NCBI RefSeq assembly: GCF_031769215.1
Contig: NW_026781955.1
Location: 1,116,001-1,180,000, forward strand
Direction of reading: 5' to 3'
From: Ylistrum balloti
Taxonomy: Eukaryota
DNA: 64,000 nucleotides
The position numbers were made by a program, and so were the translations under genes. The notes beneath the pieces were generated by a model, which saw nothing but the letters and a program-made list of their open reading frames with translations, did no database searches and was not told the DNA's origin. This document shows, piece after piece, positions 1 to 11,900 of the stretch (its first letter is position 1; every line of letters starts with the position of its first letter).

Positions 1-395
1 AAACGTCTACTTCTTAATAATCTTAAAAGTTTAAGGAGGTATTATTGGGGTATCGCAATGCACTTTGGGATATATTGCAAGTGTATATGTTGTGACGTCA
101 TGATATTGGTTGGTAGTAGATACGCCGGGTATCGAAAGGAATAGAGAAAATTTAATTCGCGACAATTTCATGTATGTCAAATCAAATTTTGAAGTAAGTC
201 AAACAAATTTAGGAAAGCGAATATGCTGTCATAGTACTTTCCATTTGCACTAGCCTCAGGTAGTGAGGAGCACCTATGCTTTACGTCTTTCCACTTCCGC
301 AAGATTTTTTTCAATTTCTGTTGTGTAGACGAAATGTCTCATATATGTTACAGGTATTAAAATCCACTTTTATAAATTGAGGTCAAACATAAATG

Positions 396-735
396 TGTAA
401 CAGAGGTCATTATTTATTTCAAGGCCAAGTTGTCTCTAGCTGAGTGGTATATTGCGGCTAATATTATACCAGGGTTACATACTCCCTCCTCCAGGAAATA
501 ACTCGTCCTCGAGTTTCCAGGGGATACAGCGATGCTGGTGGGGCATGGCTAAGTACTATTCGCGGGTCCTTACGTGGGCGCCAATGTAACACAGGTCATT
601 ATTTATTTCAAGACCTCCGCTAGCAATCGAACCTGGAACCACTGGCTTACTAGTCTGACGCTCAACCAATCGGGCTAAAGAGAAGTTCTCTCTAGCCGAA
701 TGGTATATTACGGCTAGTATTTTACCAGGGTTACA
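396..735 (-). mobile_element. Complete non-autonomous LTR element (TRIM) with a tRNA-like cassette in its LTR; Helenus-type architecture
   Basis: Two direct repeats with TGTAAC...GTTACA termini (585-735 and 396-479; 8 mismatches over 84 shared bp). 4-bp TSD aatg at 392-395 and 736-739. On the - strand, PBS TGGCGCCCACGTAAGGAC (583-566) lies 1 nt after the 5' LTR and resembles tRNA-Lys PBSs; PPT GGAGGAGGGAGTA abuts the 3' LTR. Confidence 0.88.
612..680 (-). other. tRNA-Thr(AGT)-like sequence with Pol III A and B boxes inside the 5' LTR (not a canonical tRNA gene)
   Basis: The - strand reads TAGCCCGATTGGTTGAGCGTCAGACTAGTAAGCCAGTGGTTCCAGGTTCGATTGCTAGCGGAGG: A-box-like TAGCCCGATTGG, anticodon loop CTAGTAA and B-box GGTTCGATT. 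Similarity to eukaryotic tRNA-Thr(AGT) was judged from memory; the stems are imperfect. Confidence 0.7.
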
Positions 736-2584
736 AATGTGCCACATTCCAAAAACCAGTGACAAATCACTTAATTATATGTTTCATAAACTACAAGGTC
801 AAAAGACTATATGTATCGAGCACCTGTTGTGTTTTTAGTATCTTTCTTTGGTCTCTTAAAATTTGAATTGGGTAGGTTGATGCTCGAATGATTTTCAGTC
901 TTCACTTAACTTTTAGTTTTTATCTATGTATTGAGATATATATTGCCCTGGTACACCCCATAAATTCCGCGTAATTCTCTCAACACCTCATTTAGCTATG
1001 AGCAAATTATTATATATTGACACAGTTCAATGATTCTCGTTGTTGTCTCTTCAGTTTGTCTGAATTTCTTTTTTAACATTCCGACAACCAGTGTTACTGG
1101 CAGAGAGTGATAACCTACTTACATATTTTGTATTAAACTTCAGTTTTATTGCTCGCGAAATGATCTTTTCAACAAAGCACTCAAAACCATGATTAAGATA
1201 ACAAAAATTCAATTTCTGTTTAAAACACATCCCCACTAAAAGTATATGTCACTTACTGTTTCAATAAAGATGGTTGCAGGATAGTTTAAGCGGTAGAGCG
1301 TTGACCCGAGCTACCACTGATGAAGATCCGGGGCGGTTTGTGTTTCATTCCTTCATTCATTATTTAACTGTGTTTTACAACACATCGGAGAGAACGTGAC
1401 AGCCAAGTGGAGTAATGGTTGTGTCTTTGAGAAAGACACTTCATTTCAATTACTCTGGATAGAATGCGACGGGACTTCCATATGTGTTTCAGCGAGGTAG
1501 TGACCAGTTACTATTTCTCGAAGTTTTCATGTGTTAGTCCATTCCCTAACAATTATTTCCACAAGAGACGAATTTATGTATTGAAATATGACTTTTCCCC
1601 CTAGCTCAGTGACCACAACCTTGTTCCAATTTTCTGATCTGAGACCAACATACAATGTTTGTACATTGTCACATTCTTTCACCCTGCTCATTCGTGACGG
1701 AGTGTCTCATTACACAGAATTGATTTTCATGTTCACATGCTAAAGGAAAGAATGAACTAGATGCAATAATACATGTACCAGCTATTCTCATAACACTTCG
1801 AATTAAATTTCATAGAAAACAAACCTAAAAGTTTATTCTTCCGTTAAAAAATACAACGACCTTTGTGATCCCGTTTTAAGGTATATGGGAATCCCTCTCG
1901 GTGTTCAGGTTCATGCGGGAAGACACTTTCCCCGGAAAATATGTAATGTTATATGAGGCAATGGACGAAGTTATGAAAAACTTTTTCTGTAAGGAAAAGA
2001 AAGAAAGAAATATGTTTTAATGTAGTTTCAATCAGAATATATATTCATCGAAGTCACATAGGAAAGGAACTCTACTTTTATAACGTAGAAAAAGTTAATA
2101 TCCCATCCATGTAGGAGCAAACTTCACCGTCCATAATTATCCCCACGTAAATCTATATACGAAATGTGCATAGACATTAAGTTTTGCCTAATTATAATTT
2201 ATGTACTTGATTTGATTTTTCGATATGGGTTTTAGTCATTATTTGCCTTCAAAATTGTTTGTATCACCGTTTATATAGGATATACTTGAATGGTCCCGGC
2301 ATTCCCTTAATAGGCATGACACAGACTTCATTTCATTGTTGATGTTCAAGAAACCATCGTAACAATCATACGATTTCGTGACAAACACTAAATGGGCGTA
2401 ACCTGTGTGTAATGAACACCATACCCAGCACTGATTACAGGGGACTGCTTACTAACACTCTCACAATGTGTTGTATACGCTCCATCCTCAATACGAGCGA
2501 CAGTGTTTGACTAAAACTTCCTTCATTGTCTCCAGTCAAAAGTATCTTTGTCCGTTTTTCCATGTATTTTTTTACCGAACTCAA

Positions 2585-2781
2585 TACTGCGGAGGCTGTG
2601 TAATTCGGGGGTTCATATTTTTGCAACACAACTGCCGTACATTGCATTTTCCACATATATACTTTAATGAATAATAGTTTACACATTCACTTTATTTCTT
2701 AAACATTAATTTTCGCGAATTTCTTCCAAAATGGTGGAAAGCAGAACCCTTCGAAAAAAGAATGTGAAAATCTTGACAGTA
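2585..2781. mobile_element. Decayed MITE (TACTG...CAGTA family)
   Basis: Starts tactg at 2585, ends cagta at 2781, and contains attaattttcgcgaatt, the motif shared with the copies at 19116 and 42033. Confidence 0.4.
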
Positions 2782-3762
2782 CTGTATGTTGCCCTCGCTA
2801 TATGATTTCGTTGCGGTGTGGATGAACTAGTCAGTAGAAGTAGTGTTACAAAATATATTGAAAGGGAGGCGCTGATTCATATTAATCTGAGCGTGAAAGT
2901 AATGCGAGTACTTCCAGAGGGTTACACTTGTAACACAAGCCTCTAGTCGCCACGGTTTCACTCACTCCTATTAAAGTATGCTATTTCGGCTCGTTGTTTG
3001 ATGCAAGTTAACTATTGTGAATAGCTGCGCATAGTAAGGAAATATCTAAGCCATATATACACCGACAGGGTTGATATCCTTTCCCCCATAACAATACACA
3101 ATCATTATGGGTATACCTACATGTAAACGAGGTTGAAATGTCTGGTCTTGAGAAAGTGTGCTAACACCTACGTAAACTATTATAAGTAACTTCAGGATCT
3201 GTTCTTCATCCCAGGATCTTGCACCTGGGCCTCGAAATGAGAACGGCTAAGATCTCCACCCTATTACAATATATTCTATAACTGGATGTAAAACGTCGTG
3301 CCGTGTAGTTTATTATTATCTGATAGAATTAATTTTTAACGTTGAGTATGAAGTCTTAATCCATGGTAAATCAACGTTTTGATACTGGTAGTGAATAAGG
3401 ATATAAAGAAAGGCTTCATGGTGTTATAGACGAAAATGGATATTGACCAGACCAACTTGAACGTTAGTTTAACAAGGAAATAAGTCATTGTTTTACAATG
3501 TTCAGCTATATCAAGTGTTATAGAAAAGGGTTGCTAGACCATTTCTATCGAATGACGCACAGGACGGCAAGCGGGGGCTGAGCTTACTCCATTTCGAGTT
3601 CTACCCTGTACTTGTTTTAACGCATCACTGGTTTAAGGAAGTTGATAACAAAAGAACTATACATTTAGGTAAATAAACCCATACTCCTGTCAAGTAGCAC
3701 ACTACATGACTTCATCTAACATCATATATGTCGTAATGTGACACTGAAAGTTCATGTTGACC

Positions 3763-4090
3763 CATGGCATCACACATGTTGTCTCATGACATCACACATT
3801 GTCACATGGAATCAAACAAGTTGTCTCATTGCATCACACATGATGTCTCATGGCATAACGCATGTTGTCTCATGGCATCACACATGTTGACAAATGACAT
3901 CACACATGTTGGCAAATGCCATCACACATTGTCACATGGAATCATATAAGTTGTCTCATAGCATCACACGTGATGTCTCATGGCATAACGCATGTTGTCT
4001 CATGGCATCACACATGTTGACAAATGACAACACACATGTTGTCTCATGACATCACACATGTTGACAAATGACAACACACATGTTGTCTCA
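3763..4090. repeat. ~22-bp minisatellite (cacacatgttgtctcatggcat) with a ~130-bp higher-order duplication
   Basis: About 15 degenerate monomers; the variant block catcacacattgtcacatggaatca recurs at 3790 and 3920. Confidence 0.9.
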
Positions 4091-4915
4091 TTCTTATTAT
4101 AATTACAATCTTAACGGCCCGTCAACACATAAAAGGCCATTAGGACCATCAACTGTTAAAACACACAGCGATCTAAAAAAGGAAATAACATCAAACAAAA
4201 TAAAAGGTAAAAGACAAATGCTAAAAATCTTAAATAGTTATATTATCACAAAATATTTAAATAGTAAGTTATAGTCTGTAATATAGACTTGTAACGTTAC
4301 GATAAAAAAGTTCGCGGTCAATGCATTCCAGTGAAAATGTTTCGCGGTGAATAGCTTATTACATCCTATCCACCGAGGATCAGCTTCGCCTTTCAACATA
4401 TAGGAATGTTTAAGGTCTGTATGGCCCATCCGAAGACGGGCATGGACAACTTCGTCTCGTTGATTGTCTTTCTAGCATGGAGACCATTCACCGATAATAG
4501 GTTTCAAGGAATGCAATTTATTATCGGTATATAGATTCCATTCCTCCTGCCACTGAGCTGTTCAAAAATGTTTGATAAATGGTTTGAAATAAGTAAAATG
4601 AAGTTTAAACCAACAGGTGGTAGCGATAAAGCTTCCTTTGCGGCGCGGTCTGCTTTTTTATTGTCTGGTATTAGCATGTGCACAGAAACCCAGCAAAAAG
4701 CAATTAAAGGCAAGTTCATGATACAGTATTAATGTATAACGAATGAAAACATCATCGATATTTCTTTTGCTAAAACTTTGTAGTACAGAAAGAGAGACTG
4801 AAGAGATAACAGCTCTCTTTACTTTATTGTTTGAATATGTTAAAGGGCAAGGTAGGTAGCTTGCGCTTCCGCCGAGAATATTGAGGCGTTGTTCAGTAGC
4901 TGACATCCATCGTTG
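4090..4915 (-). mobile_element. Decayed 3' part of an RNase H-containing non-LTR retrotransposon (I/Nimb/Ingi-like)
   Basis: Frameshifted peptides: VISSVSLSVLQSF (from SDSLS), CWVSVHMLIPDNKKADRAAKEALSL (RNase H WVPSHxGIxGNExAD) and RLRMGHTDLKHSYMLKGEADPRWIGCNKLFTAKHF (RLRIGH motif plus decayed CCHC region). A 3' tail (…atggcc…tgttgacgggccgttaag…taattataataag) follows. Confidence 0.8.
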
Positions 4916-5941
4916 ACTTTAACTATTTAACCATTTCATGAAGTGGAAAGTCAATTCAGGTGAATGAAAGAGTCAGGATGGAATTTCTATCGTTCCTAAC
5001 AAACAAACAAACAAAAAAAACAGCTATTTTATTTGACTCAATCATCAATGCAATGTTTACCTATATGAAACATCTATATTGAATTTGAAAAGAAAACGAA
5101 CAGAAAAGTACTAATACTGACCAGTAATGGAAATACTTGTGACGTATTATAGACCTAATCTTTTGTAAATATTAGCACTTAATATAAAGATTCCCTAGAA
5201 ATTATCTTTAAGAGCAGTTTCCTCATTGGGCTGTATTAGATAATTTCTAATATTTGACCCTTGTATTTGTTTCCGCGTAAATGTAAATAAAACGTTTTCC
5301 TTATGCAAGATTTGTAGATGTGATATTCTTATTAAGATTTATAGCTATGGGTTTTTTATGGTCAAGGTTTATAGATAATTGAGTTTTAATAACTGAAACA
5401 CGTTTTCCCTTAGGTATCGTATTAAATATATACAGTTACGTAATTGCTTTTTAATTCTGTACAGTTACCTAGTTACTTTAATTGCCCGCAGTTATCTGGA
5501 TTAAGTTTGATATATACTTATGCTATGAAGATGTGTATTGATGGGACAAACAGATTACTTTCAAAGTTTTTTTCCCAGGGCTAAATTAAAATTGCACAAA
5601 ATCGATTCCTAAAAACGTTCATTGATAAAATGATTGATCTGCCATTGCACCACTTCAGTTAAAGTTTTTGTAAAATCGTGGAAATTTGAATTATCAAAAA
5701 TTAGATCAGAAATTAACCAGTGATTTCTATAAACAGAAATGTTTCAGTTTACACGGAAAAGCCTTATTGTCGGCATCACATCCTCTTAGTAACAATGTTT
5801 ACTGAAGAACTTTTCACGCTAGGCTGGCTTTGCCGGGTATTATTTATGCCAACACTCTAAAATTACTGTACACGTCATCATCTTGTCGTGTATGTCTATA
5901 TTAGATCCAACGATTCGAATTATTTTTCATCTTTTTTATAG

Positions 5942-8900
5942 ATGGACAATTGATACGAAGGTCATCCCCCGTCTACGCTGATGGGGTATACCACATGGCA
6001 GGACAAAGCAGACCAAATCCGTTCGACATCAGTCGCATAGCCCACAGCGGTGCCGCTGGACTCCCATCGTTGAGGGGACGAAACGCAATGTTGGTGTACT
6101 TCGGTAAGTCAATTTGACAAACAGTCGATATTTTTTTCTTTAATGATGAGTTGTTATACTTAAAGATATGATTTTATGTAATCATCATTTCCATATTTCT
6201 GTTTAATGATATTCATAATTCCTAATTTCGATATCTGCTATGGTCTTCGCGCTTACCAATAGGCCAACAGGTTGTCGAAGAGGTTCTTGATTCTCAGCGA
6301 CCCGGATGTCCTCGGGAGTTTGAGAATGTGCCTATCCCTAAAGACCATCCGTTTAACCCGGAAGGGAAGGACAACCTCGCCATGCCATTTCTAAGGACCA
6401 GATATGATGCTAGTACGGGGTATTCCCCTAACAACCCACGACAACAGGTAACTACATGTATATGTATTGGTCAAACACCTCCAGTGTTTTACACCATCAT
6501 CTCCAAATAGGAATAGAAAAGAATCTTTTGCAGAATGGCGTTTTTTTTTATTAAAAAAGGAAAATTAATTATACATTTATGTTGTCGTTGTTTTTCAAAC
6601 ACATATATGTTGATAAGTTATGTTTTTGCTTAGTTAGTTTTTGTGCAATTGACGAAGATGAAGCAGAAAACGCTAATTTACACTTCTGAATCATCTGGTC
6701 TTATTTTTCTTGTACTTTTTTATGGATCTCCGTATAAATCTTAAATGGGGGCCACACGCAGTAGGACTTCTTTATCGGGGTCAGTGGAGACATGCGGTTT
6801 TCTTTAAAGAATACAGTGTCAACGTTAACGATATTCGAGCTACATGGTTATTTCTTTACTTGAAACGACTTATGTATTTCTCATATTGATTTAATTTCAA
6901 CGGCATATGTATTTAGCCATTTGACTCCATCTTCGAAAATAGAATTTCTCAAAAATATGATATTTATAGCATATTGTTCTTTTGAATTAGCTAAATGAGA
7001 TCACGCCATATATAGATGGTACGTTGATCTATGGACCTGCTAGAGCATGGACAGATGCTATCAGATCTTTTAAAGATGGTAAACTGAAAGCAAGAGATCC
7101 AAACGCACCGATAAAGGACAGTTTTCCAGCTGAGAACACCATCCGACTTCCATTTGCTAACCCTCCAGCACCTCGACAGCACATACTGCGACCTGTGTCT
7201 AGATTTCTAGGTGTGTAAAGTTAAGATTAATTTTATTGTTAAACTTCATTCTAGAGTAAAACGCAACGTATGGAATGAGTGTCGTGTCTTCTTATATGTG
7301 TTTCAATTTTCTTTAAAATTTCATTTTTACTTTTTTTGTTCTTTGATGTCACCAGTCACCAGATGAATTTTTGTTTCAGCTATCGGTAACCCAAGAGGTA
7401 ACGAAAATCCAATGCTGTTGACATTTGCAATACTCTTCTTCCGCTGGCACAACAAGATAGCCGAGGACCTGAAAAATGCGCATCCTTCTTGGGAGGACGA
7501 AGCCTTGTTCGAAGAGGCCCGGAAACTAGTCATAGCACACCATCAGGTAAGGAAAAAAGAAACTGACAGTAGCATACCATCAAATAAAGCGGTTAGAAGG
7601 AGCAGAATCTGGTCATAACACACAATCAGGTTAGTAGATTGATAACTGGTCAAAATAAACCATTAGGTAAGGAGACACAGAGAAACAAAATGAGGTAAGG
7701 AGTTATGTAAATGGTCATATCATGAGTGATCGTATAAAGCAGTAAAAGCACACATTGATATCGCACCATCTGGTCTGGTCGATATTGAACTATTTTCAAC
7801 AAAAACAAAAAGTGTCAAAAGTTGAAATTAAGATTCCTTTTCTAATGGATAATATGTGTAGGAGAAGTATTGCAAAAATAAATCTGACACTTTTGGTAAT
7901 CTTTTTGGAATAACGGACTTCGATAATTACGTGGCGTAATGACACTCCAATGTTTTGGATCACGTGGATGTTGATTTCCGATCTTTGTTAGAGGAAGACT
8001 ATTCTTGCTTAGAATTGTGATATTTCTTATGATGTAGCCTTTGGACCACTTGCAAATGGTACATTTTTTTTTTTGAATGTTAAGTGGTTTCTAATGTTGC
8101 TTCATTTTGCTGAAATGATTCGGCCAACCGTGATCAGAAATGATGTAATCACGCCATATTGATGAAACCATCATGTAGGATATTGTTTTCAATGACGCAT
8201 TAATGGTCCTGTATTGGTATCTTTATAGAATATAGTGATGTACCAGTGGCTACCGTTATGGTTGGAGATTTCAGATGTCGGCACACCTCTACAGATACCA
8301 CCGTATAACTCGAATGGTATGTAAGACAGAAACTATGCTGATATGAGAGAGGTATAGAAAGGTAGAAATGGGAGATGATTTTCTTGTATCAGGAAAGTGA
8401 AAGGAGGAAAGTTACATGTATACAGGTATGAGAGAAGTATTGAAATGTAGAAATGAAATGGAGAATGAGATAAGTGCAGTACAAGGAGGAATATTATTTC
8501 AACTAGATATGTTTTTATAGCCTTTCAATAGCGTAATGTCGTTTTCACTGACTGTCATAATGTCGTTTGGTACTTGTAACTTCTTAAAGTTCCTTTTATA
8601 AATTCGTTGGGGTAAGACATGTCGGTGAACATAGGATCCGGAATAAAACAAAGGTGACTTGCATTATACTACAACTAATATTTTTAAGTTGGTCAATGAT
8701 CATTATTCTTTTTTTTTTCAAGTCTGTACTACCGGATTTTGCGGTTTCAATGGTTACAGTTCTGAAATACATCCAGGTATTACGCAAGAATTTCAAACAG
8801 CCGCCATGAGATTTGGACATACCTTGGTGACACCTGGACTCTGGTTAAGGTAAGTTTATTAATCTTTTACATCACCAAGATTTCGAATATTTCTAGTGCT

Positions 8901-11900
8901 GAAATGTTAAATCACACAAGTCATGATGTAAGACAGATCACACGAAACGAAGAAGCTATCTGAAACACAGAAGGATATCTTGAGATTTTATGAAAATGAT
9001 TGGGAATTTGATATGCGTTTGCAGAGGACCCCTCCAGAATGGAGATTGTAACTGGAAACCCGTCAAAGTAAACATACAAGGACAACCTGACGAGGTTCAC
9101 GCTCTTCGTTTGTGTAACGCATATTGGAACTCTCAGGTAAGGTAGATTTCATCTTAAAATGATAATGACTTCCTGATTCTCACTCCCACATCTGTACACA
9201 TCGTGACGGGAAAGTATTGGTACAACTGCTTTACACACCTACATAGACTGTTTAGACTGTGAAATATAAGTAGAAGAAAACCACAAGCAAAAGAAAAATG
9301 GAAATAAAATGAAATGAAAATGAATAATAGAAAAAAAATCCTTTACGAATAGTCTAGCGGTCAACTGATGATGAATTTTAATTGGTTCATAAGATGGGAT
9401 AATATGTCGTGATGTGGATACAGCTGTATAATATATAGTAATTAAACATAAGTGAATGTTTACAAACCATCCTGAACCTTGTTGAGTGCTGTTTTTTAGG
9501 TTCAGGTTGAAATTAGCCAAATAAGTAATTGTATGGGTTTTCTTTTGTCTCTACATTGGACCATTTTGTCGAATCATCTGTAAAGCATGCACAAAACAAA
9601 TGAAGTGATTTATTAGCTCAATTGATTTATTATTTCCGATACAAAATGTTTACTACATTTCAAATAACTTGCATCTAAATCTGTCTTTACACTCTTTTCT
9701 TTCATTTTCATTTTATTTTATTACTTAATCACCATAAATGATATATATATGTATGAGTGTATGTATGTTATTATGTGTTTTCAGTGATTTTATTAAATCT
9801 TTTCTAATACTCTTGTTTTATAACGAAAGAAATGCTTTGAAAAGATTCAGATTTTTTTTTTACATTTCTCTTGATCACTTTAGATTTTGCTCTTTCGCCG
9901 CCAAGGTTTCAAAATTTAGGCCCTTTACATCACTGATGAGTTCTAGAAAGACGGAACATCTGTATGATGCAGTTTAATTGATTATTTGGCTTTACTGTTT
10001 TGTATTTGTATTGAAAGATTCTATACGATTGTTTGTCTTTTGTATTACCATAACATTTATCAGTTTATATCTGTTTTTTGTTTCATTAGTTTTTGGCACG
10101 AATCTTTAAAAAATAATTCAAGAAACCAATGCTATCACCCAAGGTTGAGATAGCAAGGTATCACGTGACATCAAAGACCGGTATTACAAACAGTATATAA
10201 TACAGAAGACTGTCAGTGTCGATATAATAAATATTCTTATCCTTAACGCTCTCTTCAATATTGCACGACAGGGTAAATGATATAAGGTCACTAAATTTAT
10301 CTTTTTATCATTTATTAATAGAACAATAAATTTTAGTCAGTGATATTCTCGACTGTATCTGATTTTAAATGCTAATCAATTATGGGTTTCATTACAACCC
10401 TCTCTTTGCAATCTCGAAAGTTTGTATAAGGTATAATAGGGGCATGCCTTTTCTATTTCGACATACGTTCTATAATATCACAGCTTGAAGTACAGTGTAC
10501 ACGATATAATCTATGAACACTCTGAGATCTTAACGTCAAGGATTTAGTTAAATTGAAACCCCGAGATCCAGCGTGACTGATATGTCAAAGAAACAGATGT
10601 ATGTTACTAATGACCCTTTATAAATTACTACTGAAAATTGATAATGCGAGTTTTGTGTATATTATTTGTTTGAATTGTATTTCTTATTTGACAGGAAACA
10701 GTGGAACCCCAATTAGACGATCTTGTTCGTGGTATGACTTCAACCTTAGCCGAGCAAGAGGACCATATTATGGTACCGGATTTGCGGGGTAAGTAAAAAC
10801 CAAAAAACACTGATAGTAGTTGTAATTTGATTTTTAATTGGGAGGTTTAGACTACGGGATGTTTGAGATAATAAAGATGATGAAACCGCATTGACTTTTC
10901 ACTGCATCTTGCAAATTCTTTATACAATATTTTTCTCGGAATGTCATTTATGTTATCCACAACATCAAAATATTTTTCTGTTAAGTGACACCCTACAGAA
11001 GTGCTTTATATGTGGAAATCAAATTTCGCCAATGAAACGATGAAGTGCGTTGATGATAATAAAACAGTGAAATAATCTGCTATCTAAATTACAATTTAAT
11101 ATCATAAATATGTTGAATCCAAGGAAATATGTTAAATAAAATTATACGCTTTAGGTTGTATTCTTTATTTCTCAGGAGGAAGCCTGAGCGGTATGATAAG
11201 CTTGTTAATATCGATTTCTCTAACATGTATTTTCAGTGTCTAGATCATGTTATCCCTGCTTACATATCGCAGTTGATTATAAATTCAAGGTCTTGTTCTA
11301 ATTATCACATCTTTGTAAAAGGATGACGACAACTGACGGATAAACTTACTACACATGGATTAGAGAAATACTGGTTGATGATCTCATTTGGAAATATTAC
11401 ATTTCCTTGTATGTTAAACAGTCAAATGTTTTTGATGTCCGATGATGCCTGTTTATTTCATATTTGTAAACCTCGTTCTCGTTTGAGAACGTGACATTAC
11501 AACAGGGATTGAGCAAGACATTGGTCAGTGTTATTGACAAAGTAAAACTCCTGGTCTTATTCTCCTTTTACTTCTTTAAAGATCTCCGGTCAAATCTTTC
11601 TTTCGTTTATGTTTTGCTTTACGTTAATCTCGTTTCTAGGTTAAACTTTTGTTAACAATATTTTCTTTTTTGTCTTCTTAGCCATGGTTGTAGCACATTG
11701 GTTGATGACAACTGTTTTATATTTCTGCGTGTGTTTCAGATCACGTTTTTGGCCCTTTGGATTTTTCTCGTCGTGATCTCGGTGCGATAAATATACAGCG
11801 CGGTCGAGATCACGGGATTGCGGGTTATAACGCAGTTCGACTGGCCTACGGTCTCGAGGAGAAAGAAAACTGGAGGGATATAAACCCGACTTTGGAAGAT

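Noticed and set aside
1281-1315. tRNA-like A-box (tagtttaagcggtagagcg)
   Set aside because: No B-box or cloverleaf; at most a SINE fragment, not a tRNA gene.
2731-2805. Signal-peptide-like mini-ORF MVESRTLRKKNVKILTVLYVALAI as the DUOX first exon
   Set aside because: It ends in TGA, overlaps a MITE end, and no exon encoding the expected YDGWYNN...WG segment was found between it and 5942. The true first exons are probably upstream of the window.
2905-2941. ccagagggttaca-ct-tgtaacacaag resembling an LTR-LTR junction of the TRIM
   Set aside because: The match is too short and there is no PBS, PPT or TSD.
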